Translations under genes and position numbers: made by a program
In this document: one piece after another, positions 21,210 to 29,739 of the stretch
Layout: the number at the start of each line of letters is the position of its first letter
Position numbering within the stretch: the stretch's first letter is position 1
DNA from: Pedobacter sp.
GTDB taxonomy: Bacteria; Desulfobacterota; Desulfuromonadia; Desulfuromonadales; Syntrophotaleaceae
Assembly: GCA_050253415.1 (NCBI GenBank)
Contig: JBFWJC010000001.1
Location: 1,608,679 to 1,672,678 of the forward strand
Length of the DNA: 64,000 nucleotides
Direction: 5' to 3'
Notes under the pieces: generated by a model
Told to the model about the DNA's origin: nothing
Databases searched by the model: none
Seen by the model: the letters and a program-made list of their open reading frames with translations, nothing else

Positions 21210-21923
21210 ATGGACAAAATTTCATTTGTCATACCGATTTACAATGAAGAGGGTAATGTCGAGCGATTGTTCAACGAACTGACCCGTGTAGCTGAGACTC
21301 TGGGGCGTCCTTATGAAATCATGCTCGTGGATGATGCCAGTACCGACCGTAGTCTGCAGATTATCAAGGAGTTGGCGGCATCCCACGCACAGGTACGTTA
21401 CCTGTCCTTTAAAACCAATTGCGGACAGTCTGCAGCGCTGTACGCGGGTTTTCAAAACGCTGATGGCGATATTATCATTACCATGGATGCCGATCTTCAG
21501 AATGATCCGGCCGACATCCCGAAACTTATGCAGTTTTTTGGTGAATACGATATGATCAACGGTTGGCGAGCCAACCGTCAGGATACCCTGTCTAAAAAAG
21601 TCGGTAGCCGCATCGGAAATTATGTGCGCAATCGACTGACCTGGGAGACTATTCACGATACCGGTTGCTCTTTGAAAGTTATGCGGGCCAGCATGCTTAA
21701 GCGGATACGCATGTTTCGCGGCCTGCACCGGTTTCTGCCAACCCTTATGCGTCTCGAAGGGGCTCGGGTCATCGAAGTACCGGTCAATCACCGTCCCCGG
21801 GTTCACGGCGTCTCCAAATACAACAATCTGCGGCGTGGCATCGAGGGGATTTATGATGTTATAGCCGTACGCTGGATGATTAAGCGTTATCTGAAAATCA
21901 GCATTGGTGATACCAATGTTTAG
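21210..21923 (+). CDS. GT2 polyprenol-phosphate glycosyltransferase (ArnC/DPM-like)
   Basis: VIPIYNEE, VDDASTD, GQSAALYAG, TMDADLQNDPAD, DTGCSLK, HRFLPTL, VNHRPR. Confidence 0.88.
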   Translation: MDKISFVIPIYNEEGNVERLFNELTRVAETLGRPYEIMLVDDASTDRSLQIIKELAASHAQVRYLSFKTNCGQSAALYAGFQNADGDIIITMDADLQNDPADIPKLMQFFGEYDMINGWRANRQDTLSKKVGSRIGNYVRNRLTWETIHDTGCSLKVMRASMLKRIRMFRGLHRFLPTLMRLEGARVIEVPVNHRPRVHGVSKYNNLRRGIEGIYDVIAVRWMIKRYLKISIGDTNV

Positions 21924-22197
21924 CACTGAAAACTCGATATTGCTTCTTGGTTTGGTGGGGCAGGCCCTGTTTTCCATGCGCTTTATCATCCAGTGGGTAT
22001 ATTCCGAGAAACACCGCCAGAGTGTTATTCCTACGGCATTTTGGTACTTCAGCCTTGGGGGCAGTTTGTTGTTGTTGGTTTATTCCCTTTTGCGTCGAGA
22101 CATTGTATTTACCCTCGGACAATCGACCGGTTTTCTCATCTATGGTCGTAACCTCTATTTTATTCATAAACAACGCAAAGAAAGTGCCATCGCCTGA
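21916..22197 (+). CDS. Small membrane protein, lipid A biosynthesis N-terminal (LAB_N) family
   Basis: GQALFSMRFIIQWVYSE...SVIPTAFWYFSLGG...RDIVFTLGQ...IYGRNL; three hydrophobic segments. Confidence 0.85.
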   Translation: MFSTENSILLLGLVGQALFSMRFIIQWVYSEKHRQSVIPTAFWYFSLGGSLLLLVYSLLRRDIVFTLGQSTGFLIYGRNLYFIHKQRKESAIA

Positions 22198-22265
22198 TAT
22201 CTCTATCAGGACCACGTTTTCCTCCCTTTCATCTATGGTTTTTTTGTAACGGACTCCCAGGGATT

Positions 22266-23777
22266 ATGATGAATATTTCCAATACTTCCGGTGCATTTCT
22301 TCAACCCGAGTCTGATCGAGATGGGTTGTTTCGACTGTTTTTCTGGCTGGTGTTTGCCGGCTCCCTGCTGGTGTATGGGTGGGGTATCTGGGGAGTCCCG
22401 CTTCTCAGCCACAATGAGGCGCGCCGGTTGGTGGTGCTTCGGGAATTGCTCGCTAGCGGCGACTGGTTGGTGCCGACCAAAAACAGTCAGATTTATCTGC
22501 AAAAACCGCCCTTGTTCACCTGGTTCGGGGCGGTATTCGGGCTGTTGGCCAGTAGCAGTGCCGAATGGGTTTTGCGATTGCCTTCAGCGTTAAGCGGACT
22601 AGGGGCTACATGGCTGTTGTTTTTTCGTTTGAAACAGCGTGTCGGCCGTTGGGAGGCACTGATCGGGTCTGCGATTCTGGTGACATCGTACTTTTTCTCA
22701 TCCAAGGCTCGTGTGGCTGAATTGAATATGCTGCTGACAATGTGTGTCTTTGCGGCGGTGGTGTGTTTTTACGACTATATCTGCGATGGCAGACGTAAGT
22801 ATCTTTACTTGGCCTATGGTGCACTGGGCCTGGCATTTATGACTAAAGGCCCTGTGGCGTTATTGTTTTTTGTTCTGCCGGTTCTTGTTTTTGGAATATT
22901 GGAAAAAGACCGTCGGGTACTCAAAGGTCTGATCGACGGTCGTGGCTGGTTGCTGTTCGCGCTTATCGGTTTGCCATGGTACCTGTTCGTAACGCTTCGA
23001 TTGCAGGGATTGCCTTTGCTGGCGGTTATTCGTAGTGAAGTGTCATCCAAGGTAGCAGAGGAAGCGCATCGCCCCGAGCCCCTGTATTACTATGTCAGGC
23101 ATCTGCTGGGGGCTTTTGCACCCTGGGTGCTGTTGATCTGCTATCGGCCACTGCGTACCCTTAAGTACATGGCCGCTACAAAACCTGGACGTTTTTTCGG
23201 GTTGGCGGCCTTGGTGCCATTACTCATCTTTTCCCTTTTCGATTACAAGCGGGATAAATACATTCTGCCAATGTATCCGGCCCTTGCGGTTTGTCTCGGC
23301 ATGGTGGCGGCACATTGGCGTTCTGAAATGTGCGCTCGTGGCCGTCGATGGATTAGTCCCTTGATGGTTTGGGGTAGCGCCGTCTTAATGCTGCTACTGG
23401 TTGTGTTTTACGGGTTTTTTGAACCACGCATGGTTTCCTACCGATTTGAAGCACTCAAGCCCCTGGCGGCACGTATCGATCAGTTGCGCGGTGATGCTCC
23501 GGTTTACTATCTTGGCGAAGAACCGATCCAGTTGATCTATTATTACGGTCGTTCCATCCCTGGTACTACCGTTGAAGAAGTGGCCGACTGGCAGACCCAG
23601 CAGCGTCATTTTGTGGTACTCGTACAGAAAAAGCATGTCGGCGAGGTTGAGACTCTTGGATTGACCGTGCTTGACCAGGTTAAACCCTATCTATCGCGTC
23701 GTGGTGTTATGTTCATTATGGCCAGTAAGGGTTTAGAAATGTCAGCGATACCGGAAATTGACGACAATCTCCCTTGA
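22266..23777 (+). CDS. ArnT/PMT-like (GT83/GT39) integral membrane glycosyltransferase
   Basis: EARR..RE..GDWLVP, KPPLF.W, LRLPSAL, MTKGP, PWY, YILPMYPALA; many TM segments. Confidence 0.88.
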   Translation: MMNISNTSGAFLQPESDRDGLFRLFFWLVFAGSLLVYGWGIWGVPLLSHNEARRLVVLRELLASGDWLVPTKNSQIYLQKPPLFTWFGAVFGLLASSSAEWVLRLPSALSGLGATWLLFFRLKQRVGRWEALIGSAILVTSYFFSSKARVAELNMLLTMCVFAAVVCFYDYICDGRRKYLYLAYGALGLAFMTKGPVALLFFVLPVLVFGILEKDRRVLKGLIDGRGWLLFALIGLPWYLFVTLRLQGLPLLAVIRSEVSSKVAEEAHRPEPLYYYVRHLLGAFAPWVLLICYRPLRTLKYMAATKPGRFFGLAALVPLLIFSLFDYKRDKYILPMYPALAVCLGMVAAHWRSEMCARGRRWISPLMVWGSAVLMLLLVVFYGFFEPRMVSYRFEALKPLAARIDQLRGDAPVYYLGEEPIQLIYYYGRSIPGTTVEEVADWQTQQRHFVVLVQKKHVGEVETLGLTVLDQVKPYLSRRGVMFIMASKGLEMSAIPEIDDNLP

Positions 23778-23950
23778 GGATTCTCAATGGGGGCGTCTGT
23801 TGTGGTACCGGAGAATTTTCAATTTCAATAAGGGTATTCAATCTGGAGGCTTTTTCTATTTTATAGGGGAAAGCAAAGAGATAATCGCAATATATTCTGC
23901 TGTAATTACGTTTTTGTTGTAGCTTGATAAGAAATGCTGGGAAGTTCTTT

Positions 23951-25093
23951 ATGGATATAGGTTTTGCAACCTTTCATTATTACCCCTATGGTGGATTAGA
24001 AAAAAGCATGCGTAATATCGCCTTGGAGGTTTTGAGGCGAGGTCACAAACTTACAGTGTATTGCCATTCATGGCAGGGGGAACTCATTCCCGATGCCCAA
24101 GTGGAAATTCTCCCGGTAACAGGCTGGACCAATCACCGTAAAATGCTTTCTTTCGTTCGGAAATTCCAGCAAAGAATGAAAAACTGTAATCATGATCTGG
24201 TCGTAGGCTTCAAGCGAATGCCCGGACTTGATCTCTATTACAATGGGGATGTCTGTTATCGGAATGAAATGGCATCCAAACCCAATTTCCTTGCCAAATT
24301 TACACCTCGTTATGCTGCTTTATCCTCTTTTGAAAAGGCTGTTTTTTCGAAAGATTCATCGACTCATATCATGTATATAGCGGAGCGGGAGAAAAAAATA
24401 TTTCAAAGTTGCTATGGTACTCCCGATACGCGATTTCATGCTTTGCCGCCAGGGATTGACAAGGACGGCATTCGGGGCGTTTGTTCTGCTTCTCAACGTC
24501 CACACTTGCGTCGTTCTATGGGTGTGGATGGCGATACCCTGATAGCTTTGATGGTAGGTTCAGACTTTTACCGCAAGGGGGTAGATCGCTCAATCCGCGC
24601 GTTGGCAGCATTACCCGTCGATCAAAAGAAAAAATTGGAACTCTGGGTCGTCGGCCAGGGGAATCCGGATCCGTTTTATAAATTGGCAACAAGTTTAGGT
24701 GTTGCCAGCCAAATACATTTTCTTGGGGTCCGCGATGATGTGCCCTCGTTGCTTGGTGTTGCGGATATATTACTCCACCCGGCATTGAGTGAAACGGCGG
24801 GCAATGCCATACTGGAAGGTCTCGTTGCGGGAATTCCTGTCGTTGTCAGTCAAAGTGCGGGGTTCAGTGCACATGTAACCAATGCGGATGGCGGGGTGGT
24901 GATTCCCGACACTCCTTGGAGTCAGTCGGCTTTTGACCATGCACTTTTGAAGCTTGTTGCGGATTCGCAGTATCGCCGGAAATTAGGTAGTCAAGGATGG
25001 CATTACGCTGATACCACTGACCTTTATCATCGGCCTCAGGTTGCCGCGGATATCATCGAAAAGCTGGTAAAAGAAAAATCTGAATGTATCTAG
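23951..25093 (+). CDS. waaG: GT4 LPS core glucosyltransferase, WaaG/RfaG-like
   Basis: YYPYGGL, SWQG, TNH, VGFKRMPGLD, LPPGI, GSDFYRKGVDRSI..LAALP, E.AG..LE closely match WaaG as I recall it. Confidence 0.78.
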   Translation: MDIGFATFHYYPYGGLEKSMRNIALEVLRRGHKLTVYCHSWQGELIPDAQVEILPVTGWTNHRKMLSFVRKFQQRMKNCNHDLVVGFKRMPGLDLYYNGDVCYRNEMASKPNFLAKFTPRYAALSSFEKAVFSKDSSTHIMYIAEREKKIFQSCYGTPDTRFHALPPGIDKDGIRGVCSASQRPHLRRSMGVDGDTLIALMVGSDFYRKGVDRSIRALAALPVDQKKKLELWVVGQGNPDPFYKLATSLGVASQIHFLGVRDDVPSLLGVADILLHPALSETAGNAILEGLVAGIPVVVSQSAGFSAHVTNADGGVVIPDTPWSQSAFDHALLKLVADSQYRRKLGSQGWHYADTTDLYHRPQVAADIIEKLVKEKSECI

Positions 25094-25245
25094 CCTCGTG
25101 GCAACTTGTTGCAACTGACAGCTGCAATTGAGAGTGATTTACCTGTGCGGGACCTCTACTTTCTTGGCCGCATGTTGGGCTCAGACAGCGATTCTTTGCG
25201 GGGCATTCGTCTCTTTTGTTTGATTTAAAGAAAATGATGGGATTT

Positions 25246-25917
25246 ATGAAGAGATTTTTGAAAAAGTGTCTGCCCGAAAAAATAGTTTTCTTCCGGGAGT
25301 CTTTCAATGATTTCCCTTACAGAAAATATATGAATAAAAATAAATGTATTTTTATTCACATCCCGAAGGCAGCAGGAACCAGTGTGCTTAATGTTTTGTC
25401 TAAAAAGAAAGTACCCAGGGATCATTGCAGCTATAATATATTTTTGCAATCGTCAAAGAAAAAATTTCACCGGTATTTCAAGTTCTGTTTTGTAAGAAAT
25501 CCTTACACTAGACTCATGTCTGTATATTACTACCTGAAAAATGGTGGGAATGGGAAATCAGATCTTGAGATACAAGAGTTGATAAGGCAAAAATATACAA
25601 CTTTCGAAAAATTTGTGCTTGATTATTTGGATAAAGACTTGATTTATCAAATCGCTTTACTTCGTCCTCAGTATAGTTATGTCTGTAATTATAAATATGA
25701 AATAATGGTAGACTTTTGCGGAAGATTTGAAAATATTGATAGCGACTTTTCAACTGTATGTAAGACTTTGCGAATAAAAAAGAGTCTTCCTAAATTGAAT
25801 AAAACAAATTATAAAAATAATGTTGATAAAATTCAGTCTATACAAAAAGAAGTAATTGAGAAAATTAATAGTCTGTATGCAAAAGACTTCGAAGTTTTCG
25901 GATATGATTTGAGATGA
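25246..25917 (+). CDS. Sulfotransferase family protein (Sulfotransfer_2-like)
   Basis: 5'-PSB motif FIHIPKAAGTSV, 3'-PB motif FVRNPYTRLMSVY, GRFE, LYAKDFEVFGY; very AT-rich; start uncertain (25216-25246). Confidence 0.87.
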   Translation: MKRFLKKCLPEKIVFFRESFNDFPYRKYMNKNKCIFIHIPKAAGTSVLNVLSKKKVPRDHCSYNIFLQSSKKKFHRYFKFCFVRNPYTRLMSVYYYLKNGGNGKSDLEIQELIRQKYTTFEKFVLDYLDKDLIYQIALLRPQYSYVCNYKYEIMVDFCGRFENIDSDFSTVCKTLRIKKSLPKLNKTNYKNNVDKIQSIQKEVIEKINSLYAKDFEVFGYDLR

Positions 25918-26187
25918 AATTTAGACGAACAATTCCAATGCGTAAGTATTGACAAGGTGTTGATAGATTTCTTGTAGTAGATCGATAATCATTTTTTGGA
26001 CGCATGAACGGCATGTTGTTCAATGGCGGTCCATATGTCGGTACTATCCTCAGTGTCTGATGATAGTCTGTGAGGTTGCCCTGCCGCGTTTTTAATTCGA
26101 CGTCTGTCTGGGTATTCCGGCTATGTAGAAGGTTCGGTTAAGAGATAGCTAGTCGAATAAACCATAATGGAAAGGGGGCGATATAAA

Positions 26188-27327
26188 ATGAAAATTGCAA
26201 TGCTAACATCCGATTATTTACCTAATATCGGAGGGATTACTTCTCATATTTACGAGCTTTCAAAAGCTTTAATTGCCAACGGTCACCAGGTTGAGATCTG
26301 GTTGTGGGACCGGAAAGGCAATATTTCCCCCGATGATAGCTTGGGGGATATTGATGTCCGGCTCATTCAGAATAATACGTCTAAGAAGAAGTTTGGAGAA
26401 GCAAAACGGCTTGCCCGGGTCATAGCAGGATTTTCCAGCGAATTTCAGCCCGATGTCATTCATGTACATACCCTCGATCAGTTGATGCCAGCAATGGCAT
26501 TTGTCAAGAAAAAGCATCCTTCCATCAGGGTTGTCTGGACTAATCATACGAGCAGGTTTTTAAGAAACGTCGGTTCCTTTATCTGGAGGATGAAAATTCG
26601 CTATTACCTTCGTGGTTTTGATGGGTTGTTAGCAACCTGTCAAGAGCGAAGAGATAAATCTCTCAGGCTTGGCGTCCCGTCTGACAATTGTCTTTTCATT
26701 CCAAATGGAGTAGATCCCGATAAATATAAGGTCATTTCCCAGCGCGAAGCGCGAGAAATAATCGGTGTGGATAGCGATGTCTTTTTGTTGCTGTACACTG
26801 GCCGATTTGCTCCTATAAAGGGTGTTTTTTATCTCGCGCAAGCTATTAATCTGCTGATAAAAAAGATACCCAATATCCTTTGTATTATGTGCGGAAACAT
26901 GGAAGGTGATCGCGAGTCCGAAAAAATTCAAGCATATATACTCGAAAACAAACTTGAAAAACACATTCGCCTTGATGGTTTCATTCAAAACAATCTTCTT
27001 GGTCCTCATTTGTTTGCTTGCGATTCACTTGTTTTGCCATCGTTGATGGAGGCCACAAGTATTTCCATGTTGGAAGCCATGACGGTTGGTCGGCCGGTCA
27101 TCGGTTCCCGTGTTGGAGGTATTCCTGGAATGGTAAGTGAAAATGAAACCGGAATATTGGTGAATCCCGCAGACCCTGAAGACTTGGCACGCGGGATTAC
27201 CCAGTTCTGGGAAATGAAAGACCGCGAAGCCATGGGGGTGAAGGCCAAAAAACGTATTGATGAATTTACCTGGCACAATATTGCGTTGAGGACCTACAAC
27301 TTTTACTGTACATTGGTTTCTTCTTAG
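26188..27327 (+). CDS. Glycosyltransferase family 4
   Basis: YLPNIGG, IPNGVD, GRFAPIKG, E(x7)E (EATSISMLE), SRVGGIP. Confidence 0.92.
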   Translation: MKIAMLTSDYLPNIGGITSHIYELSKALIANGHQVEIWLWDRKGNISPDDSLGDIDVRLIQNNTSKKKFGEAKRLARVIAGFSSEFQPDVIHVHTLDQLMPAMAFVKKKHPSIRVVWTNHTSRFLRNVGSFIWRMKIRYYLRGFDGLLATCQERRDKSLRLGVPSDNCLFIPNGVDPDKYKVISQREAREIIGVDSDVFLLLYTGRFAPIKGVFYLAQAINLLIKKIPNILCIMCGNMEGDRESEKIQAYILENKLEKHIRLDGFIQNNLLGPHLFACDSLVLPSLMEATSISMLEAMTVGRPVIGSRVGGIPGMVSENETGILVNPADPEDLARGITQFWEMKDREAMGVKAKKRIDEFTWHNIALRTYNFYCTLVSS

Positions 27328-27437
27328 AGCGGATGATTGCACGGCACTCTTTCTTAATCATTCGTTTTTGGATATGGTCATGAGCGGAAGCAGGTTATAA
27401 ATTCGGATTGGTATACCGTCGGTCATTTGGGGGGGGC

Positions 27438-28574
27438 TTGATTAGTCGTGACTGCAAAAAGATAGCTCTGATTCGCAAGGAATGCAGTTTGAAGCGAGGT
27501 GGGGCTGAGCGTTACTGTGCCAACCTGGGCCGTTGCTTGGCCGACATGGGTCATCAGGTATATGTGGTGGCTCGCACGTGTGATGATGACATTCATCCGG
27601 GCCTTATTCATGTGCCTGTTCAGGTGCGTAACTGGACCTCATCTTCCCGTAATTTGTCCTTTCACCAGAATAGCCAACGGGCTCTGAATGATCTGGACAT
27701 CGACTACGTGTATGCGCTGAGCCGCACCTATCCCGCCGATGCTTTTAGGATCAGTGATCCATTGCATGACAGCTGGCTCGATGTTCGCTACCCGGGATGG
27801 TTGCGTAACCGGTTGGAGCGGTTGAATCCGCGCCATAGAACCATTCTGGGGCTGGAGAAGAGGGTTTGTGATGCAGGATATAGCGGCGCCATTGTAACCA
27901 ATTCGATCTGGTCGCGCCAACAAATACTGGCGCGTTACGATTACCCCTCCGAACGCATTCATGTAGTCTACAACGGTGTCGACCTGGATTATTTCCGGCC
28001 GTCAGAGGGTGGTAAGCCCGTCGGTGGCCCTCTGCGATTGTTGTTTGTTGCCCAGGATTTTGCGCGCAAAGGGCTTGGTTTTATTCTCGACGCGTTGAAG
28101 CAGTTGCATGCACAGGGGATCGCCTGCCATCTGAGTGTGGTGGGGCGCGATAATCCACGCCCTTTTCTCCAGCAGGCTCAGCGGCTCGGCGTGGCGCAAG
28201 CCGTCGATTTTCACGAATCCACCAGTCAGATACAGGATTATTACAACGCTGCAGATCTGCTGGTATTTCCCACTCTCAGTGACCCTTTCGCTAATGTGTG
28301 TCTGGAGGCCTTGGCCTGTGGTCTGCCTGTTATGACCACTACCCACAACGGTGCAGCTGAGATTTTGACTGAAGATCAGACCGGTTATGTACTGCAGGCA
28401 AACCGTCCATTGGCCCCGCAGATTGTCGCAGGTATTGTCCGGTTCAGTCGCCTACCTGAGCAGTACCGCGTGGAGATGACACATCGGGCCCGGATCTGTG
28501 CAGAGGGGTTTACCATCAGGCACAATGCTGAGCGGACCCTTGACGTGCTTGCGGGTGTGACGCGGTCCCGGTAG
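27438..28574 (+). CDS. Glycosyltransferase family 4 (LPS core type)
   Basis: GGAERY, YNGVD, FARKGL, DPFANVCLEALACGLPV; start uncertain (27408 or TTG 27438 after a G8 run). Confidence 0.9.
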   Translation: MISRDCKKIALIRKECSLKRGGAERYCANLGRCLADMGHQVYVVARTCDDDIHPGLIHVPVQVRNWTSSSRNLSFHQNSQRALNDLDIDYVYALSRTYPADAFRISDPLHDSWLDVRYPGWLRNRLERLNPRHRTILGLEKRVCDAGYSGAIVTNSIWSRQQILARYDYPSERIHVVYNGVDLDYFRPSEGGKPVGGPLRLLFVAQDFARKGLGFILDALKQLHAQGIACHLSVVGRDNPRPFLQQAQRLGVAQAVDFHESTSQIQDYYNAADLLVFPTLSDPFANVCLEALACGLPVMTTTHNGAAEILTEDQTGYVLQANRPLAPQIVAGIVRFSRLPEQYRVEMTHRARICAEGFTIRHNAERTLDVLAGVTRSR

Positions 28575-28623
28575 TCGTGGAATGCTGGTTTGAGCGGTAT
28601 TGCGGCCAGGGAGAAGGAAGACA

Positions 28624-29574
28624 ATGAAACGTTATCAGTTGATGGATTTTTCCGGTGTTAAACGGTATTCAATTACTACCCGGGACAACAAGGTCAAGGT
28701 TGGTGAGCATTTTGCCGAACCGCCACGGGCGGGCCGTTCCTTCAGCGAATTTTTTGACAGCCTTCCGCATCTGCTGGGTGCCGACAATCTGCGGGGCGTA
28801 GTCGATGCGGTCGTGCATGCCCGTGAAAAGGGCAGGCCTGTGGTTCTCGCCATGGGCGGACATGTCATCAAATGCGGCCTTCAACCGGTCATCAAGGCTC
28901 TTATCGACGCCGATGTGATTACGGCGGTGGCGACCAACGGCTCGGTAACCATTCATGATTACGAGGTGTCCCTGGTCGGTGCCACTTCTGAAGATGTCGC
29001 TGCTGTGCTGGCCTCGGGAGATTTCGGATTTTCCCTGGAAACCGGACAGGGGATGAACGACATACTCAAGCGGGGGATGGCCGGTGAGCTTGGATTCGGC
29101 CATGCCATCGGGCGGGCGATTATCGATCAAAAGCATCCTTATCAGGAATTTAGTCTGCTGGCCGCCTGCGTTAATAAGGGCATACCTGTCACCGTGCATG
29201 TGGCCATTGGCACCGATATTATCCACCAGCATCCTGAAGCCGATGGTGGTGTGATAGGTGAAATGAGTTACCGGGATTTCAGGCTGCTGACCTCGGTAGT
29301 GGCGGATCTCGGAGACGGTGGGGTCTGGCTTAATGTGGGGTCGGCAGTGTTGCTGCCGGAAGTTTTCCTGAAAGCCTTGTCCATCGCACAGAACCTGGGA
29401 TATCATGTCGACGGTTTCAGCACCGCCAATTTCGATATGATACAGCACTACCGACCGCTTACCAACGTGGTCAAGCGTCCCACTCAGGGCAGCGGCCGTG
29501 GGTATACCATCACGGGACATCATGAAATTAACATCCCTTTGTTTGCTCAGGCAGTGCTCGACCGGCTTGGCTGA
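28624..29574 (+). CDS. Conserved hypothetical protein, deoxyhypusine-synthase-like fold (function unknown)
   Basis: Clean ORF with SD-like sequence upstream; segments VLAMGGHVIKCGL..IKALI...ITAVATNG..IHDYE, SLLAAC..GIPVTV and GGVWLNVGS parallel DHS-family blocks. Confidence 0.8.
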   Translation: MKRYQLMDFSGVKRYSITTRDNKVKVGEHFAEPPRAGRSFSEFFDSLPHLLGADNLRGVVDAVVHAREKGRPVVLAMGGHVIKCGLQPVIKALIDADVITAVATNGSVTIHDYEVSLVGATSEDVAAVLASGDFGFSLETGQGMNDILKRGMAGELGFGHAIGRAIIDQKHPYQEFSLLAACVNKGIPVTVHVAIGTDIIHQHPEADGGVIGEMSYRDFRLLTSVVADLGDGGVWLNVGSAVLLPEVFLKALSIAQNLGYHVDGFSTANFDMIQHYRPLTNVVKRPTQGSGRGYTITGHHEINIPLFAQAVLDRLG

Positions 29575-29739
29575 CAATCCCGGTCAGGTAGGCAGACTGC
29601 CTCTGGAGGGTGAAAGTCTTGCATAATCCGGCCGGATATGGTAAGCGCTGGTGCGCATATAACGATCACAGTGCCGGCCCTGATTGCCGGTTTCTTTTTT
29701 GTCACCTTCGTTCATGTTAAAGCCAATAATGGAAGACTA

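Noticed and set aside
18348..27437. Integron-like cassette array, suggested by co-oriented genes with spacers
   Set aside because: No integrase, no repeated attC-like RYYYAAC...GTTRRRY structure, and the spacers do not resemble each other
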